A DNA stretch of 64,000 nt, from contig CAAGCO010000020.1 of assembly GCA_900768345.1 (NCBI GenBank), forward strand, positions 68,002 to 132,001, in the 5' to 3' direction. The DNA comes from Bacilli bacterium. Lineage in GTDB: Bacteria > Bacillota_I > Bacilli_A > RF39 > UBA660. Both the position numbers and the translations under genes were made by a program. Position 1 is the first letter of the stretch. Every line of letters begins with the position of its first letter. Of this stretch, positions 29,832-39,172 are shown in pieces. Under the pieces are notes generated by a model that was not told the DNA's origin, ran no database searches, and worked only from the letters and a program-made list of their open reading frames with translations.

Positions 29832-30725
29832 TAAGAATGTAATAATACTAAACATTAACTTAATTGTTAATGTTTTTTTAATATTTATTTTATAATCAGA
29901 AAGAATACTAAAACTTTGAAATAATATAGATAAACTACTAAAGTTTAAAATAAGACTTGTTAAGGCAAATTTAATATTAAAAGGTATATTTAATAGAGAA
30001 ATAGATATAACACCACTAGTAAGTTCTAAAAAGCCCGTAAAAATAGATAAAATAGTAGAATCAACAGGAATATACCTAATTAATAAATTAATTGTTATAG
30101 TAAATACTATTAAATTACCAAGAATAATAAAAGAAGTATTTATAGCTTTAATAATAGATAACTTAAAACATTCAAAAAAACATATATCTTTAGTTTCATT
30201 ATTAATGTTTTCAATATAAGAATTATCTTTTCTCAAATATAATCCAATTAATATATTATTAATAAAACAAATAATCCAAAGTAATAAACCAATTTCAAAA
30301 CTATTATAAAGAGAAATACCTATAACACCTATAACAAATGCTATTGAAGGAAAATACGTATATATAAGTATTCTATTAGCTGTCTTAATATCTATTATCT
30401 TACTATCAAGTAAATTTTTAATATAAACAGCATTACTAGGATGACTAGTAAGAATACTAAGTATGAAAATAATACTAGTATTAGAATCTATATTAAATAT
30501 TTTATTAATGATTTTACCAAATATTTTTTTAATAAATAAATGATAATTAAAATATATAAGAATGTCACATAATATAATAAAGGGAAATATAGTAATAAAA
30601 ATTTTCTTAAAGAATAAAACACTTGCATCATACGTAGAATTAATTACTACTTTAATATTCAAAATAAATACTATTAATATTAAGGTTAACACTATATATT
30701 TTAGTTTTTTAATAATTGTATTCAT
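29802..30725 (-). CDS. polytopic integral membrane protein (YlbJ-like sporulation membrane protein candidate)
   Basis: ~8-10 TM helices. Divergent from a YlbL-like gene, echoing the Bacillus ylbJ/ylbL neighbourhood. Confidence 0.3.
   Translation of the reverse strand: MNTIIKKLKYIVLTLILIVFILNIKVVINSTYDASVLFFKKIFITIFPFIILCDILIYFNYHLFIKKIFGKIINKIFNIDSNTSIIFILSILTSHPSNAVYIKNLLDSKIIDIKTANRILIYTYFPSIAFVIGVIGISLYNSFEIGLLLWIICFINNILIGLYLRKDNSYIENINNETKDICFFECFKLSIIKAINTSFIILGNLIVFTITINLLIRYIPVDSTILSIFTGFLELTSGVISISLLNIPFNIKFALTSLILNFSSLSILFQSFSILSDYKINIKKTLTIKLMFSIITFLLIIICTRRI
29850..29880. terminator. hairpin terminator after the pilin block
   Basis: aaacattaac-ttaatt-gttaatgttt followed by tttttta. 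Confidence 0.6.
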
Positions 30726-30757
30726 CTGTGATATAATATTATAGTTAGGAGAAATTT

Positions 30758-31750
30758 ATGACAAAATTATTTAAATATATAAAAAAAGATATAAAAAATT
30801 ATTTAGCTTTTATTTTAATAGTACCTTGGTTATTTATTTCATTTGATTGCAATATTTATTCACCAGGTTCACTCGTAGATTTAACTGATAGAATAGAAGT
30901 TGATAGTAGTTATGAATCTAAAGGAAGTTTTAATCTTACTTATGTAACTGCTAGAAAAGGAACGCTACCAAATATTATATTATCTAAATTTTTCAAAAAC
31001 TGGGATATAGTAGGTAACGAAGAAAATAGAATAGAAGATGAAAGTGAAAGTGAGATAGTTGAAAGAAATAAAATATATTTAAAAGAAACAAGCTATGACG
31101 CTATTATCGCAGCATTCACTGAAGCAAATATATCATATGAGGTAGAAAGTATTGATGTAACAGTAACACATGTTTATGAGTATGCTAAAACTGATATAAA
31201 AACAGGAGATATAATAAGAAATATAAATGGTACAACCATAAAAGATTTTAATTCATTAAAAGAAGAAATAGCTAAATATAAAAAAGGGGACTCTTTAAAA
31301 ATAAATGTAGAAAGAAATGGTAAAATAATAGAGTGCAAAGCAGAATTAGTTAGTGAAGATGACAGAGTAATAATCGGAGCAACTCTATCAGAACTAAAAA
31401 ATATTAAAACAGATCCAAAAGTAGAATATATATTTAAAGATAATGAAAGTGGAGCATCAAGAGGACTACTTTGTGCACTTGATATTTATAACAAAATTAC
31501 AAAATTTGATTTAACTAAAGGAGATATCATTTCAGGTACAGGTTCAATTGATCAATATGGAAAAGTTGGAAGTATAGATGGAGTTAAATATAAATTAGCT
31601 GGGTCTGTCAAAAAGAATGCTAAAGTATTCATAGTACCTACTGGTAATTATAAAGAAGCACTATATGAAAAAGAAAAAAATAACTATGATATAGAAATAA
31701 TTGAAGCAGATACTCTTCATAATGTAATTGAAAAGTTAAAGGCAAGATAA
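30758..31750 (+). CDS. PDZ plus Lon-like (S16 C-terminal) protease-domain membrane protein (YlbL/SepM family)
   Basis: N-terminal TM, PDZ (TGDIIRNINGTTIKDFNSLKEEI...GDSLKINVERNG), C-terminal Lon-C-like GASRGLLCALDIYN...SGTGSID. Confidence 0.6.
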   Translation: MTKLFKYIKKDIKNYLAFILIVPWLFISFDCNIYSPGSLVDLTDRIEVDSSYESKGSFNLTYVTARKGTLPNIILSKFFKNWDIVGNEENRIEDESESEIVERNKIYLKETSYDAIIAAFTEANISYEVESIDVTVTHVYEYAKTDIKTGDIIRNINGTTIKDFNSLKEEIAKYKKGDSLKINVERNGKIIECKAELVSEDDRVIIGATLSELKNIKTDPKVEYIFKDNESGASRGLLCALDIYNKITKFDLTKGDIISGTGSIDQYGKVGSIDGVKYKLAGSVKKNAKVFIVPTGNYKEALYEKEKNNYDIEIIEADTLHNVIEKLKAR

Positions 31751-31754
31751 TATG

Positions 31755-31779
31755 AAAAGTAAGAAATTACTTTTTTTTA
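31755..31779 (+). terminator. rho-independent terminator
   Basis: aaagtaa-gaaa-ttacttt followed by ttttt. Confidence 0.5.
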
Positions 31780-31832
31780 ATTTGTAGTGTTTTCAAGATT
31801 TATATCTAACTATAATAATAGGGAGGTAAATA

Positions 31833-32531
31833 ATGAAAGATAACACTATTAAAGAAATGTTAGAAAGCGAGCGTCCTAGAGAAAGAATGTTATCACTTGG
31901 AACAAATAACTTATCTAATGAAGAGCTAATTTCTATAATACTTAAAACTGGTACGAGTGGTTACTCTGTAAAAACACTATCAAGAAATATTCTTAGTGAA
32001 CTAGATGACATAACTTCTCTAAAAGATATGACTATAAATAGATTAACTAAAATAAAAGGAATAGGCAAAGTAAAAGCAATAGAATTATTATCTGCGATAG
32101 AACTTGGAAAAAGAGTGTATTACGCAAGCGAGCAAAAAGAAGTAGTACTTAATAATTCAAGAAAAATATTTGAATATTTCAAGAATATTTTTACGTATGA
32201 AAAACAAGAAAACTTTTATGCATTATATCTAGATACTAAATCTAAACTAATATCATTTAAACTATTATTTAAAGGAACACTTAATTCATCTACTGTTCAT
32301 CCAAGAGAAGTATTTAAGTATGCATTCTTAGAAAGTGCGGCTAGTGTTATAGTTATCCATAATCATCCAAGCGGAGACATAAGTCCTAGTATTCAAGATA
32401 TAGAAGTAACTGAATCACTTATGAAAATAGGTTCAATAATAAAAATACCTGTAATAGACCATATAATAATAGGAAAAGACAAATATTATAGTTTCTATGA
32501 ATATATGAATACACTCAAGAATAAACTTTAG
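31833..32531 (+). CDS. radC: RadC-family JAB/MPN domain protein
   Basis: N-terminal HhH region, JAMM motif HNHPSGDISPS, 232 aa. Confidence 0.85.
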   Translation: MKDNTIKEMLESERPRERMLSLGTNNLSNEELISIILKTGTSGYSVKTLSRNILSELDDITSLKDMTINRLTKIKGIGKVKAIELLSAIELGKRVYYASEQKEVVLNNSRKIFEYFKNIFTYEKQENFYALYLDTKSKLISFKLLFKGTLNSSTVHPREVFKYAFLESAASVIVIHNHPSGDISPSIQDIEVTESLMKIGSIIKIPVIDHIIIGKDKYYSFYEYMNTLKNKL

Positions 32532-32532
32532 T

Positions 32533-33090
32533 ATGACATACGAAGAATATAAAAATAAGAAGAATCATAAAGAACTAAACGAAAATAATTTTTTTAAGAA
32601 TTTACTTAGTAAATTTCTAACGATAGTAGTTTTCACTCTTTTAGTAGTTATCATCAGTAATAATAATCCATCTTTTAAGTCGTTTATAATAGATAAAGTA
32701 TTAAATTCAACATTTGATTTTAGTAAAATTAATAAACTTATAAGTAATGTAACTGGAATATTTGATTCAAAAGAAAATACACAAAATGTTTCTAAAGTTT
32801 ATAGAGATAGTGAAAAATATAAAGATGGAATTAAATATATATTAAGTGGAGAAGAAAATGTATATTTAAATGATTCTGGAATAGTAACATTTATTGGAGA
32901 AAAAGAAGGGTATAATAATACTATAATAGTACAACAAAGTAATGGATATTATGCTTGGTATGGTAATGTAACTGAAAAAATAAAATTATATGATTATGTA
33001 GAAAAAGGCACTATTATAGGACGTGCTACTGATGAATATTATTACGTTCTTTTAAAAGATGATAAACCAGTAAATATAAATGAAAATTAA
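32533..33090 (+). CDS. SpoIVFA-like membrane protein with degenerate LytM domain
   Basis: N-terminal TM, C-terminal M23-like fold lacking HxxxD/HxH. Overlaps the M50 protease gene by 11 nt, as in the spoIVFA-spoIVFB operon. Confidence 0.5.
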   Translation: MTYEEYKNKKNHKELNENNFFKNLLSKFLTIVVFTLLVVIISNNNPSFKSFIIDKVLNSTFDFSKINKLISNVTGIFDSKENTQNVSKVYRDSEKYKDGIKYILSGEENVYLNDSGIVTFIGEKEGYNNTIIVQQSNGYYAWYGNVTEKIKLYDYVEKGTIIGRATDEYYYVLLKDDKPVNINEN

Positions 33091-33814
33091 TATAAATAAT
33101 TTTACATATATATGCTTACTTTTATCTTTTTTAGCAGGTTATTTTGAGTACGTGTATTTGTTCTTAATAACAATTTTAATACATGAATGTGGACACATGA
33201 TATTTGCAAAAATAATAGGTTTTAAATTTGATAAAGTAATTCTTTATCCTTTTGGTGGAATAACTATTTATAATGAAGACTTGAATGTAAGTACAAATAA
33301 AGAATTATTTGTTTTATTAGGTGGAATAACTTTTCAATTAATATTTTTATGGTTGATTTATATACTTTATAATCACTCATATATAACAGAACATACTTTT
33401 TCAATCATTAAAAGAATAAACATGATATTAGTATCCTTTAACTTTATGCCAATCTTACCACTTGACGGAGGAAAATTAACAAATATAATATTTGATAAAA
33501 TATTTTCATATAGGCTTTCTAATATTATTAGTATAGTAATAAGTGTATTTTTTATATGCTTTTTTATCATAAAAAATAAAACTATTTTCGGAGTAATTTT
33601 AACTTTATTCTTAATAAAAAGTATTATCATAGAAATAACAAATTTAAAGTATAAATACAATAAATTTATACTAGAACGTTATATAAACAACTATAATTTT
33701 AAAAAAACAATTATAGTATCGACTCTATATAAATTTAAAAGAGATAGAAAACATATTATAAATAATACTTTTGAACATAATTTTTTATGTAAATTATTTG
33801 ACACAACTAAATAA
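33080..33814 (+). CDS. spoIVFB: site-2 (M50) intramembrane metalloprotease, SpoIVFB-like
   Basis: HExxH within a TM helix (ILIHECGHMIFA), LDG motif (PILPLDGG), polytopic. Located directly upstream of rplU-prp-rpmA, as in Bacilli/Clostridia. Confidence 0.7.
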   Translation: MKININNFTYICLLLSFLAGYFEYVYLFLITILIHECGHMIFAKIIGFKFDKVILYPFGGITIYNEDLNVSTNKELFVLLGGITFQLIFLWLIYILYNHSYITEHTFSIIKRINMILVSFNFMPILPLDGGKLTNIIFDKIFSYRLSNIISIVISVFFICFFIIKNKTIFGVILTLFLIKSIIIEITNLKYKYNKFILERYINNYNFKKTIIVSTLYKFKRDRKHIINNTFEHNFLCKLFDTTK

Positions 33815-33826
33815 ATATGCTAAAAT
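33798..33826 (+). promoter_or_regulatory. sigma-A-type promoter for the rplU operon
   Basis: TTGACA-17 nt-TAAAAT, overlapping the end of the M50 protease CDS. Confidence 0.55.
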
Positions 33827-33926
33827 ATCCATGTTTGTAGAAATCTTTCTCTACAACCGCATTGAGAAGGTCAACAAAAAAGAGTAATCTTACCTTAAGA
33901 GCGAGTCTTATTGAAGGAGGAATAAA
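33827..33926 (+). ncRNA. ribosomal protein L21 leader (autoregulatory 5' UTR element candidate)
   Basis: ~100-nt structured leader between promoter and rplU (ctctacaaccgcattgagaaggtcaacaaaaaagag...gcgagtcttattgaaggagg), typical position of the Firmicute L21 leader. Confidence 0.35.
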
Positions 33927-34226
33927 ATGAAAGCAATATTCGTAACTGGTGGAAAACAATATATGGTTGAAGAAGGACAAGAACTATATATTGAAAAACT
34001 AGACAATGAAGTAGAATCAGAAGTTGTTTTTGATGAAGTTTTATATGTTGATGGTAAAGTAGGTACTCCTACTGTTAAAGGAGCTAAGGTTGTTGCTAAA
34101 GTGTTAAAACACGGAAAGCAAAAAAAGATTTTAGTATTTAAATATAAACCAAAGAAAAAATATAGAAAAACTCAAGGACATAGACAACCTTATACTAAAA
34201 TTCTTATCAAATCTATTACTAAGTAA
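33927..34226 (+). CDS. rplU: 50S ribosomal protein L21
   Basis: [25 protein letters not shown], 99 aa. Confidence 0.9.
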   Translation: MKAIFVTGGKQYMVEEGQELYIEKLDNEVESEVVFDEVLYVDGKVGTPTVKGAKVVAKVLKHGKQKKILVFKYKPKKKYRKTQGHRQPYTKILIKSITK

Positions 34227-34543
34227 TGATTAGAGTAGAAATAAATAAGAAAAATAATGTCATTGAAAGTATCCATTGTATAGGTCATGCAGGATATGCA
34301 GATTATGGAAAAGATATAGTTTGTGCATCTTTTAGTACAATGATCATTACAACAATAAATGCAATACTTGAATTTGACAAAGAAGCTATTAGTTATACTG
34401 ATACTAATGATTTAAAGATTATTAATATTAAGAAAGATAATATAACAAATGGCCTACTTAATAACTTAGTTAATATGATATATGAACTAAGGGAAAATTA
34501 TGACAAAAATATTAAAGTTAAGGAGGAAAACCAAGATGTTTAA
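34226..34543 (+). CDS. prp: ribosomal-processing cysteine protease Prp (YsxB family)
   Basis: [25 protein letters not shown] catalytic Cys/His region. Sits between rplU and rpmA. Confidence 0.85.
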   Translation: MIRVEINKKNNVIESIHCIGHAGYADYGKDIVCASFSTMIITTINAILEFDKEAISYTDTNDLKIINIKKDNITNGLLNNLVNMIYELRENYDKNIKVKEENQDV

Positions 34544-34820
34544 AATGAATTTAAATATACAATTATTCGCATCTAAAAAAGGTGTTGGTTCTACAAAGAA
34601 TGGTAGAGATTCTGCTGGTCGTAGATTAGGAGCTAAGCTTAGTGATGGACAAGTTGCTAAAGCTGGAGCTATTATCTATCGTCAAAGAGGAACTAAAATT
34701 TATCCAGGTACTAACGTAGGTATGGGTAAAGATCATACTTTATATGCTAAAGTTAGCGGAAATGTAAAGTTTGAAAGAAAAGGAAAAGATAAAAAACAAG
34801 TTAGTGTTTATGAGAACTAG
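34536..34820 (+). CDS. rpmA: 50S ribosomal protein L27 with cleavable N-terminal extension
   Basis: [26 protein letters not shown]: Prp cleavage motif F-A-S before the mature L27 N-terminus. Start at ATG 34536 after AAGGAGG. Confidence 0.9.
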   Translation: MFKMNLNIQLFASKKGVGSTKNGRDSAGRRLGAKLSDGQVAKAGAIIYRQRGTKIYPGTNVGMGKDHTLYAKVSGNVKFERKGKDKKQVSVYEN

Positions 34821-34843
34821 AAATAGTTCTCTATTTTTTTTTA
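34812..34843 (+). terminator. rho-independent terminator after rpmA
   Basis: gagaact-agaaat-agttctc followed by tattttttttt. Confidence 0.7.
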
Positions 34844-34987
34844 CAATATTATTAGTAACAGTTTTAAATGTACCAGAAAAATATAAAAATTTAACTCCGA
34901 TATATACAAAATAATAGGTAAATAATGTAACTAAAAAACGCTATAATTCATACCATATTAATGAATAGAAATAAAGGAGTGGATTAT

Positions 34988-35419
34988 ATGTGTAATAATA
35001 ATAACGACAATAACAATTACAATAAATGTGATAATTGTATAATGGAAATCCTACAAGTTATCAATGTTTTACAATCTAATGCTTGCCCTGATAGTTGCTT
35101 ACTTTCATGCGATAGACCTGCATTAGGTGGAGGAACAAATTGTGTAATATGCAATACTCGTCCAATAATGTTATATACTTGTGCAGGAAATGGTACACCA
35201 TTTAGTATGCCAGTTAGTAGAAGTGAAACAGATACTAATAGTAGTGTATTTAGAGTTGAAAAAATAGATGGATGCTGTTGTACATTTAGAGTACTTGCTA
35301 CTAATCCAGATACAACATCACTTTATCCATATGTAAGTACAGAATCATTATTCACAATGGATTGTAATTGCTTATGCGCAATAAGATGTTTAAACGATAC
35401 ATACATAGAATGTTTATAG
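34988..35419 (+). CDS. CotY/CotZ/ExsY-family cysteine-rich spore coat / exosporium protein
   Basis: NTRPIMLYTCAGNGTPF...VFRVEKIDGCCCTFRVLATNPD...DCNCLCAIRCLNDTYI parallels ExsY/CotY conserved blocks (NTRPFILYT..G.PF, FRVESVD, CFCAIQCL). Start at ATG 34988 after AAAGGAG. Confidence 0.6.
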   Translation: MCNNNNDNNNYNKCDNCIMEILQVINVLQSNACPDSCLLSCDRPALGGGTNCVICNTRPIMLYTCAGNGTPFSMPVSRSETDTNSSVFRVEKIDGCCCTFRVLATNPDTTSLYPYVSTESLFTMDCNCLCAIRCLNDTYIECL

Positions 35420-35517
35420 AGTTCTTAAATGAACTCTTTTTGTTTGGCTTGACAAACTAATTTTTAATGTATAATATTATTTAAAGGGAAAGACATAATA
35501 TAAAACAAAGGAGAAAT

Positions 35518-37584
35518 ATGAAGAATCTAGTAATCGTAGAAAGTCCAAGTAAAAGTAAAACAATAGAAAAATATTTAGGAAAAGATTATAAAGTATTATC
35601 TTCAAAAGGTCATATTCGTGATCTTGCAACTACTGGTAAATATGGATTAGGTGTAGACTTAGAAGATAATTTTAAACCAAATTATAAATTAATGCCAGGC
35701 AAAACTAAACTGGTTGGAGAACTTAAAAAAGAAGTTAAATCTAGTGATAATGTTATATTAGCAACCGACCCAGACCGTGAAGGAGAAGCAATTAGTTGGC
35801 ATTTAAAAGAAGCACTTGATATAAAAAATGATAACTATAGTAGAGTAGTATTTAATGAAATAACAGAACCTGCTATAAAAGAAGCTTTTACTCATCCTAG
35901 AAAGATTGATATAGACCTAGTACATAGTCAAGAATCAAGAAGAATACTTGATAGAATTATAGGATTTAGATTAAGCAAGTTAATGCAATCTAAAACAGAT
36001 GGTAAAAGTGCTGGTAGAGTACAAAGTGTGGCATTAAAACTTATAGTTGATAGAGAACGTGAAATCGAAGCATTTGTTCCTGAAGAATATTATACAATCG
36101 AAGCAGATTTTAAAGATTTCAAAGCTGAACTAAAAAAATATAAAGGAAAAGATATAGAAGTAAAATCTTCAAAAGAAGCAGATGATATTATAGCGTCACT
36201 TTCAAATGCTTATAATATTGCTTCAGTAGATAAAAAGCTAAAGAATAAACAAAGTAAGTTACCATTTACAACAAGTACACTTACTCAAATGGCATCAACT
36301 CGTCTAGGCTATCCTGCATCAAAAACAATGAGCATAGCTCAAAAGTTATATGAAGGAATCTCTTTAGGAAATGAAACAGTTGGTTTAATTTCTTATATGA
36401 GAACAGACTCAATAAGATTATCTGATTTATTTGTAAATGATACTGAAAAATATATAGAAAAGAATTATGGTAAAGAATATGTAGGCTATAAGAAAAAATC
36501 AAAGAAAACAGAAAATGTACAAGATGCTCACGAAGCAATAAGACCAACAAGTATTTTAAGAACACCAGAGTCAGTAAAAAAATACTTAAAACCAGATGAA
36601 TTTAAACTTTATAATTTAATATATATAAGAACACTTAGTTCTCTAATGGCTGATGCTAAAGTAGAAGCAACTAGTGTAGACTTAGAAAATAATGATTACA
36701 TCTTTAGAGCAAATGGATCAGTATTAGTATTTGATGGATACTTAAAAGTATATAAAGATTTTGAAGATTCAGAAGATACAATACTTCCAGACTTTGCAAA
36801 CTATAAATCTAAAGTAATAGTTGCATCTAAAGTAGATAAAATACAACACTTTACTGAGCCAAAATCTAGATATACAGAAGCTAAACTAATTGCAGAATTA
36901 GAGAAACTAGGTATTGGAAGACCAAGTACATACGCTAAAATAATAAGCGTCTTAGAAGAAAGAAAATATGTAAGTTTAAAAGATAAAAAATTCTATCCAA
37001 CAGAGATAGGCATTATAGTTACAGATAAACTTCAAGAATTCTTTTCATCAATCATAAATGTAAATTATACAGCTAATATGGAAACTGAGTTAGATGAAAT
37101 AGCTGATGGAAAACTAGTGTGGTACACAGTACTTGATAAATTCTATAAAGACTTCGAACCATTACTTCAAAAAGCATTTAAAGAAATGGAAAAAGAAGCA
37201 CCTGAAGAAACAGGAGAAACATGTCCAGAATGTGGAAATCCATTAGTAATCAGAAAAGGTAAGTATGGAAAGTTTACTGCTTGTTCAAACTATCCAGAAT
37301 GTAAATACATCAAGAAAGAGGAAAGAGAAACACCTGAAGAAACAGGAGAAACTTGTCCAGAGTGTGGAAGCAAGATGGTAGTTAGAAAAGGCAAGTATGG
37401 TGAATTTACAGCATGTTCAAATTATCCAAAATGTAAATATATCAAACAAGAAGAACCAAAAGAGTTAGAAGAAACATGTCCAGAATGTGGTAATAAACTA
37501 GTTGAAAGAAAAGGAAGATATGGTAAATTCATAGCATGTTCAAACTATCCAAAGTGTAAGTATATTAAGAAAAACAAAGAATAA
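35518..37584 (+). CDS. topA: DNA topoisomerase I with three C-terminal C4 zinc ribbons
   Basis: TOPRIM N-terminus (LVIVESPSKSKTIEKYLG), catalytic Tyr region, 3x CPECG...CSNYP(E/K)CKY repeats. Confidence 0.9.
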   Translation: MKNLVIVESPSKSKTIEKYLGKDYKVLSSKGHIRDLATTGKYGLGVDLEDNFKPNYKLMPGKTKLVGELKKEVKSSDNVILATDPDREGEAISWHLKEALDIKNDNYSRVVFNEITEPAIKEAFTHPRKIDIDLVHSQESRRILDRIIGFRLSKLMQSKTDGKSAGRVQSVALKLIVDREREIEAFVPEEYYTIEADFKDFKAELKKYKGKDIEVKSSKEADDIIASLSNAYNIASVDKKLKNKQSKLPFTTSTLTQMASTRLGYPASKTMSIAQKLYEGISLGNETVGLISYMRTDSIRLSDLFVNDTEKYIEKNYGKEYVGYKKKSKKTENVQDAHEAIRPTSILRTPESVKKYLKPDEFKLYNLIYIRTLSSLMADAKVEATSVDLENNDYIFRANGSVLVFDGYLKVYKDFEDSEDTILPDFANYKSKVIVASKVDKIQHFTEPKSRYTEAKLIAELEKLGIGRPSTYAKIISVLEERKYVSLKDKKFYPTEIGIIVTDKLQEFFSSIINVNYTANMETELDEIADGKLVWYTVLDKFYKDFEPLLQKAFKEMEKEAPEETGETCPECGNPLVIRKGKYGKFTACSNYPECKYIKKEERETPEETGETCPECGSKMVVRKGKYGEFTACSNYPKCKYIKQEEPKELEETCPECGNKLVERKGRYGKFIACSNYPKCKYIKKNKE

Positions 37585-37591
37585 AGGTATA

Positions 37592-37627
37592 TAAAGGCTA
37601 GAAATACACGATTTTTAGCCTTTTTCT
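37592..37627 (+). terminator. rho-independent terminator after topA
   Basis: aaggcta-gaaatacacgattt-tagcctt followed by tttttc. Confidence 0.6.
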
Positions 37628-37659
37628 ATGATAATTATGTAAAAAAAGCATCAATTTGC

Positions 37660-37687
37660 TTGCAATTTACATGAGTTATGCTACAAT
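37660..37687 (+). promoter_or_regulatory. promoter for hup (TTGCAA-16-TACAAT, with TGn)
   Basis: Followed by ~60-nt leader containing a gcatcg...cgatgc stem-loop. Confidence 0.4.
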
Positions 37688-37753
37688 TAATATGTAAGCA
37701 TCGTATGAAAAATATATGCGATGCCGAAGTAGAAAAATGGGAGGTAATTTACG

Positions 37754-38026
37754 ATGAGTAAAACTGAATTAGTAGAATTCGTTGCTGCTAAAGCCGGATT
37801 AACTAAAGCTGATGCACAAAGAGCATTAGAAGCTACAATTGAAGGAATCACAACTGGACTTAAAAAAGAAGGAAAGGTTGCCTTAGTAGGATTTGGAACT
37901 TTCACTGCTAAACAAAGAGCAGCAAGAGATGGAATCAATCCATTAACTAAAGAACCAATGAAAATTCCTGCAACTGTTGCAGCATCATTTAAAGCTGGAA
38001 GCAAATTAAAAGAAGCTTTAAATTAA
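37754..38026 (+). CDS. hup: DNA-binding protein HU
   Basis: MSKTELVEFVAAKAGLTKADAQ...GFGTF...ARDGINPLT, 90 aa. Locally higher GC and codon bias typical of a highly expressed gene. Confidence 0.9.
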   Translation: MSKTELVEFVAAKAGLTKADAQRALEATIEGITTGLKKEGKVALVGFGTFTAKQRAARDGINPLTKEPMKIPATVAASFKAGSKLKEALN

Positions 38027-38027
38027 T

Positions 38028-38050
38028 AAAAAGCCTTAGGGCTTTTTTTA
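38028..38050 (+). terminator. rho-independent terminator after hup
   Basis: aagcc-ttag-ggctt followed by ttttttta. Confidence 0.6.
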
Positions 38051-38086
38051 TTGGAAAAAAATACATATTGTGTTAAAATAAATTAT

Positions 38087-39172
38087 ATGAAAGAGATAAT
38101 GGATAAAATAATTGAAGAGGGTTTTGAATGTTATATAGTAGGTGGATATGTACGTGATTATCTACTAGGATACAATTCTAAAGATATAGATATATGCACA
38201 AATGCTAAAGTTGAAGATATAATTAAAATCTTTAAAGATAGTGGAAAAACTAATATAAATTACTTTAGTTACCATATCAAAGATGGTGAATATACATATG
38301 ATATTACATCTTATAGAAAGGAACTTGAGTATAAAAAAAATAAACCTGTAAAATTAGAATATGCAAAAGATCTAAAAACAGATTTATTAAGAAGAGACTT
38401 TACTATTAACACATTCGCATTAGATAATAATGGAAGATTAATAGATATGCTGGGTGCTAAAAAAGACTTAGATAATAAAATAATTAAAGTAGTCGGAAAC
38501 ACTGAAGAAAAACTATTAGAAGATAAAACTAGAATTATAAGAGCAATAAGATTTTCATGTACCTTAGATTTTGAATTAGATGATGAAATAAAACTATTTT
38601 TAGAAAAAAACAAAAAAGTATTAAACCAAATACCTAAAGAATATATAAGAAAAGAACTAGATAAGATATTTGAATCAAATCACTATGACAAATTTTTTGA
38701 TTTAGTAAATAAATATGATTTAGGCAAGTATTTAAATATTAAGTTTGGAGAAATACGCAAATCTTATGATAAATATGGTGTATGGGCTCAAATAGAGACA
38801 ACATTACCATTTTCTAATAGTGAAAAGACAATAACATCATATATTTCAAATATTGTAAAAAAAGGTTCAATTAATACTGGAGAATTAATTATATATAGTG
38901 ATATAATAACAAAGAATGCAAGTTATATACTAGGATTAGATGAATCAGTAAATTCATTTGAAGAAATTGGAAAATTACATAGTGTTATTGATATGGATAT
39001 AACACCACAAGAAATTGCAAAATTCGTAGATGTAAGATACGTAAAAAAAGTATATAAATATATAGAAAGAAAAATAATGGAAGGAACATTATTAAACGAT
39101 AATAAAACAATAAAAGAATTTCTAAAAAAGATAGATTTAAAGAATATATTAAAGGAAACAAATTATGAGTGA
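38087..39172 (+). CDS. cca: CCA-adding tRNA nucleotidyltransferase / poly(A) polymerase-family protein
   Basis: Pol-beta-like head motif IVGGYVRDYLLG...DIDICT and RRDFTINT. The start codon is uncertain (ATG 38087 chosen; the track uses the TTG at 38051). Confidence 0.7.
   Translation: MKEIMDKIIEEGFECYIVGGYVRDYLLGYNSKDIDICTNAKVEDIIKIFKDSGKTNINYFSYHIKDGEYTYDITSYRKELEYKKNKPVKLEYAKDLKTDLLRRDFTINTFALDNNGRLIDMLGAKKDLDNKIIKVVGNTEEKLLEDKTRIIRAIRFSCTLDFELDDEIKLFLEKNKKVLNQIPKEYIRKELDKIFESNHYDKFFDLVNKYDLGKYLNIKFGEIRKSYDKYGVWAQIETTLPFSNSEKTITSYISNIVKKGSINTGELIIYSDIITKNASYILGLDESVNSFEEIGKLHSVIDMDITPQEIAKFVDVRYVKKVYKYIERKIMEGTLLNDNKTIKEFLKKIDLKNILKETNYE

Noticed and set aside
34500-34535. Upstream extension of rpmA ([12 protein letters not shown])
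   Set aside because: Overlaps the prp 3' end. The AAGGAGG RBS sits before ATG 34536, and the mature-L27 logic (FAS cleavage site) fits the shorter start.
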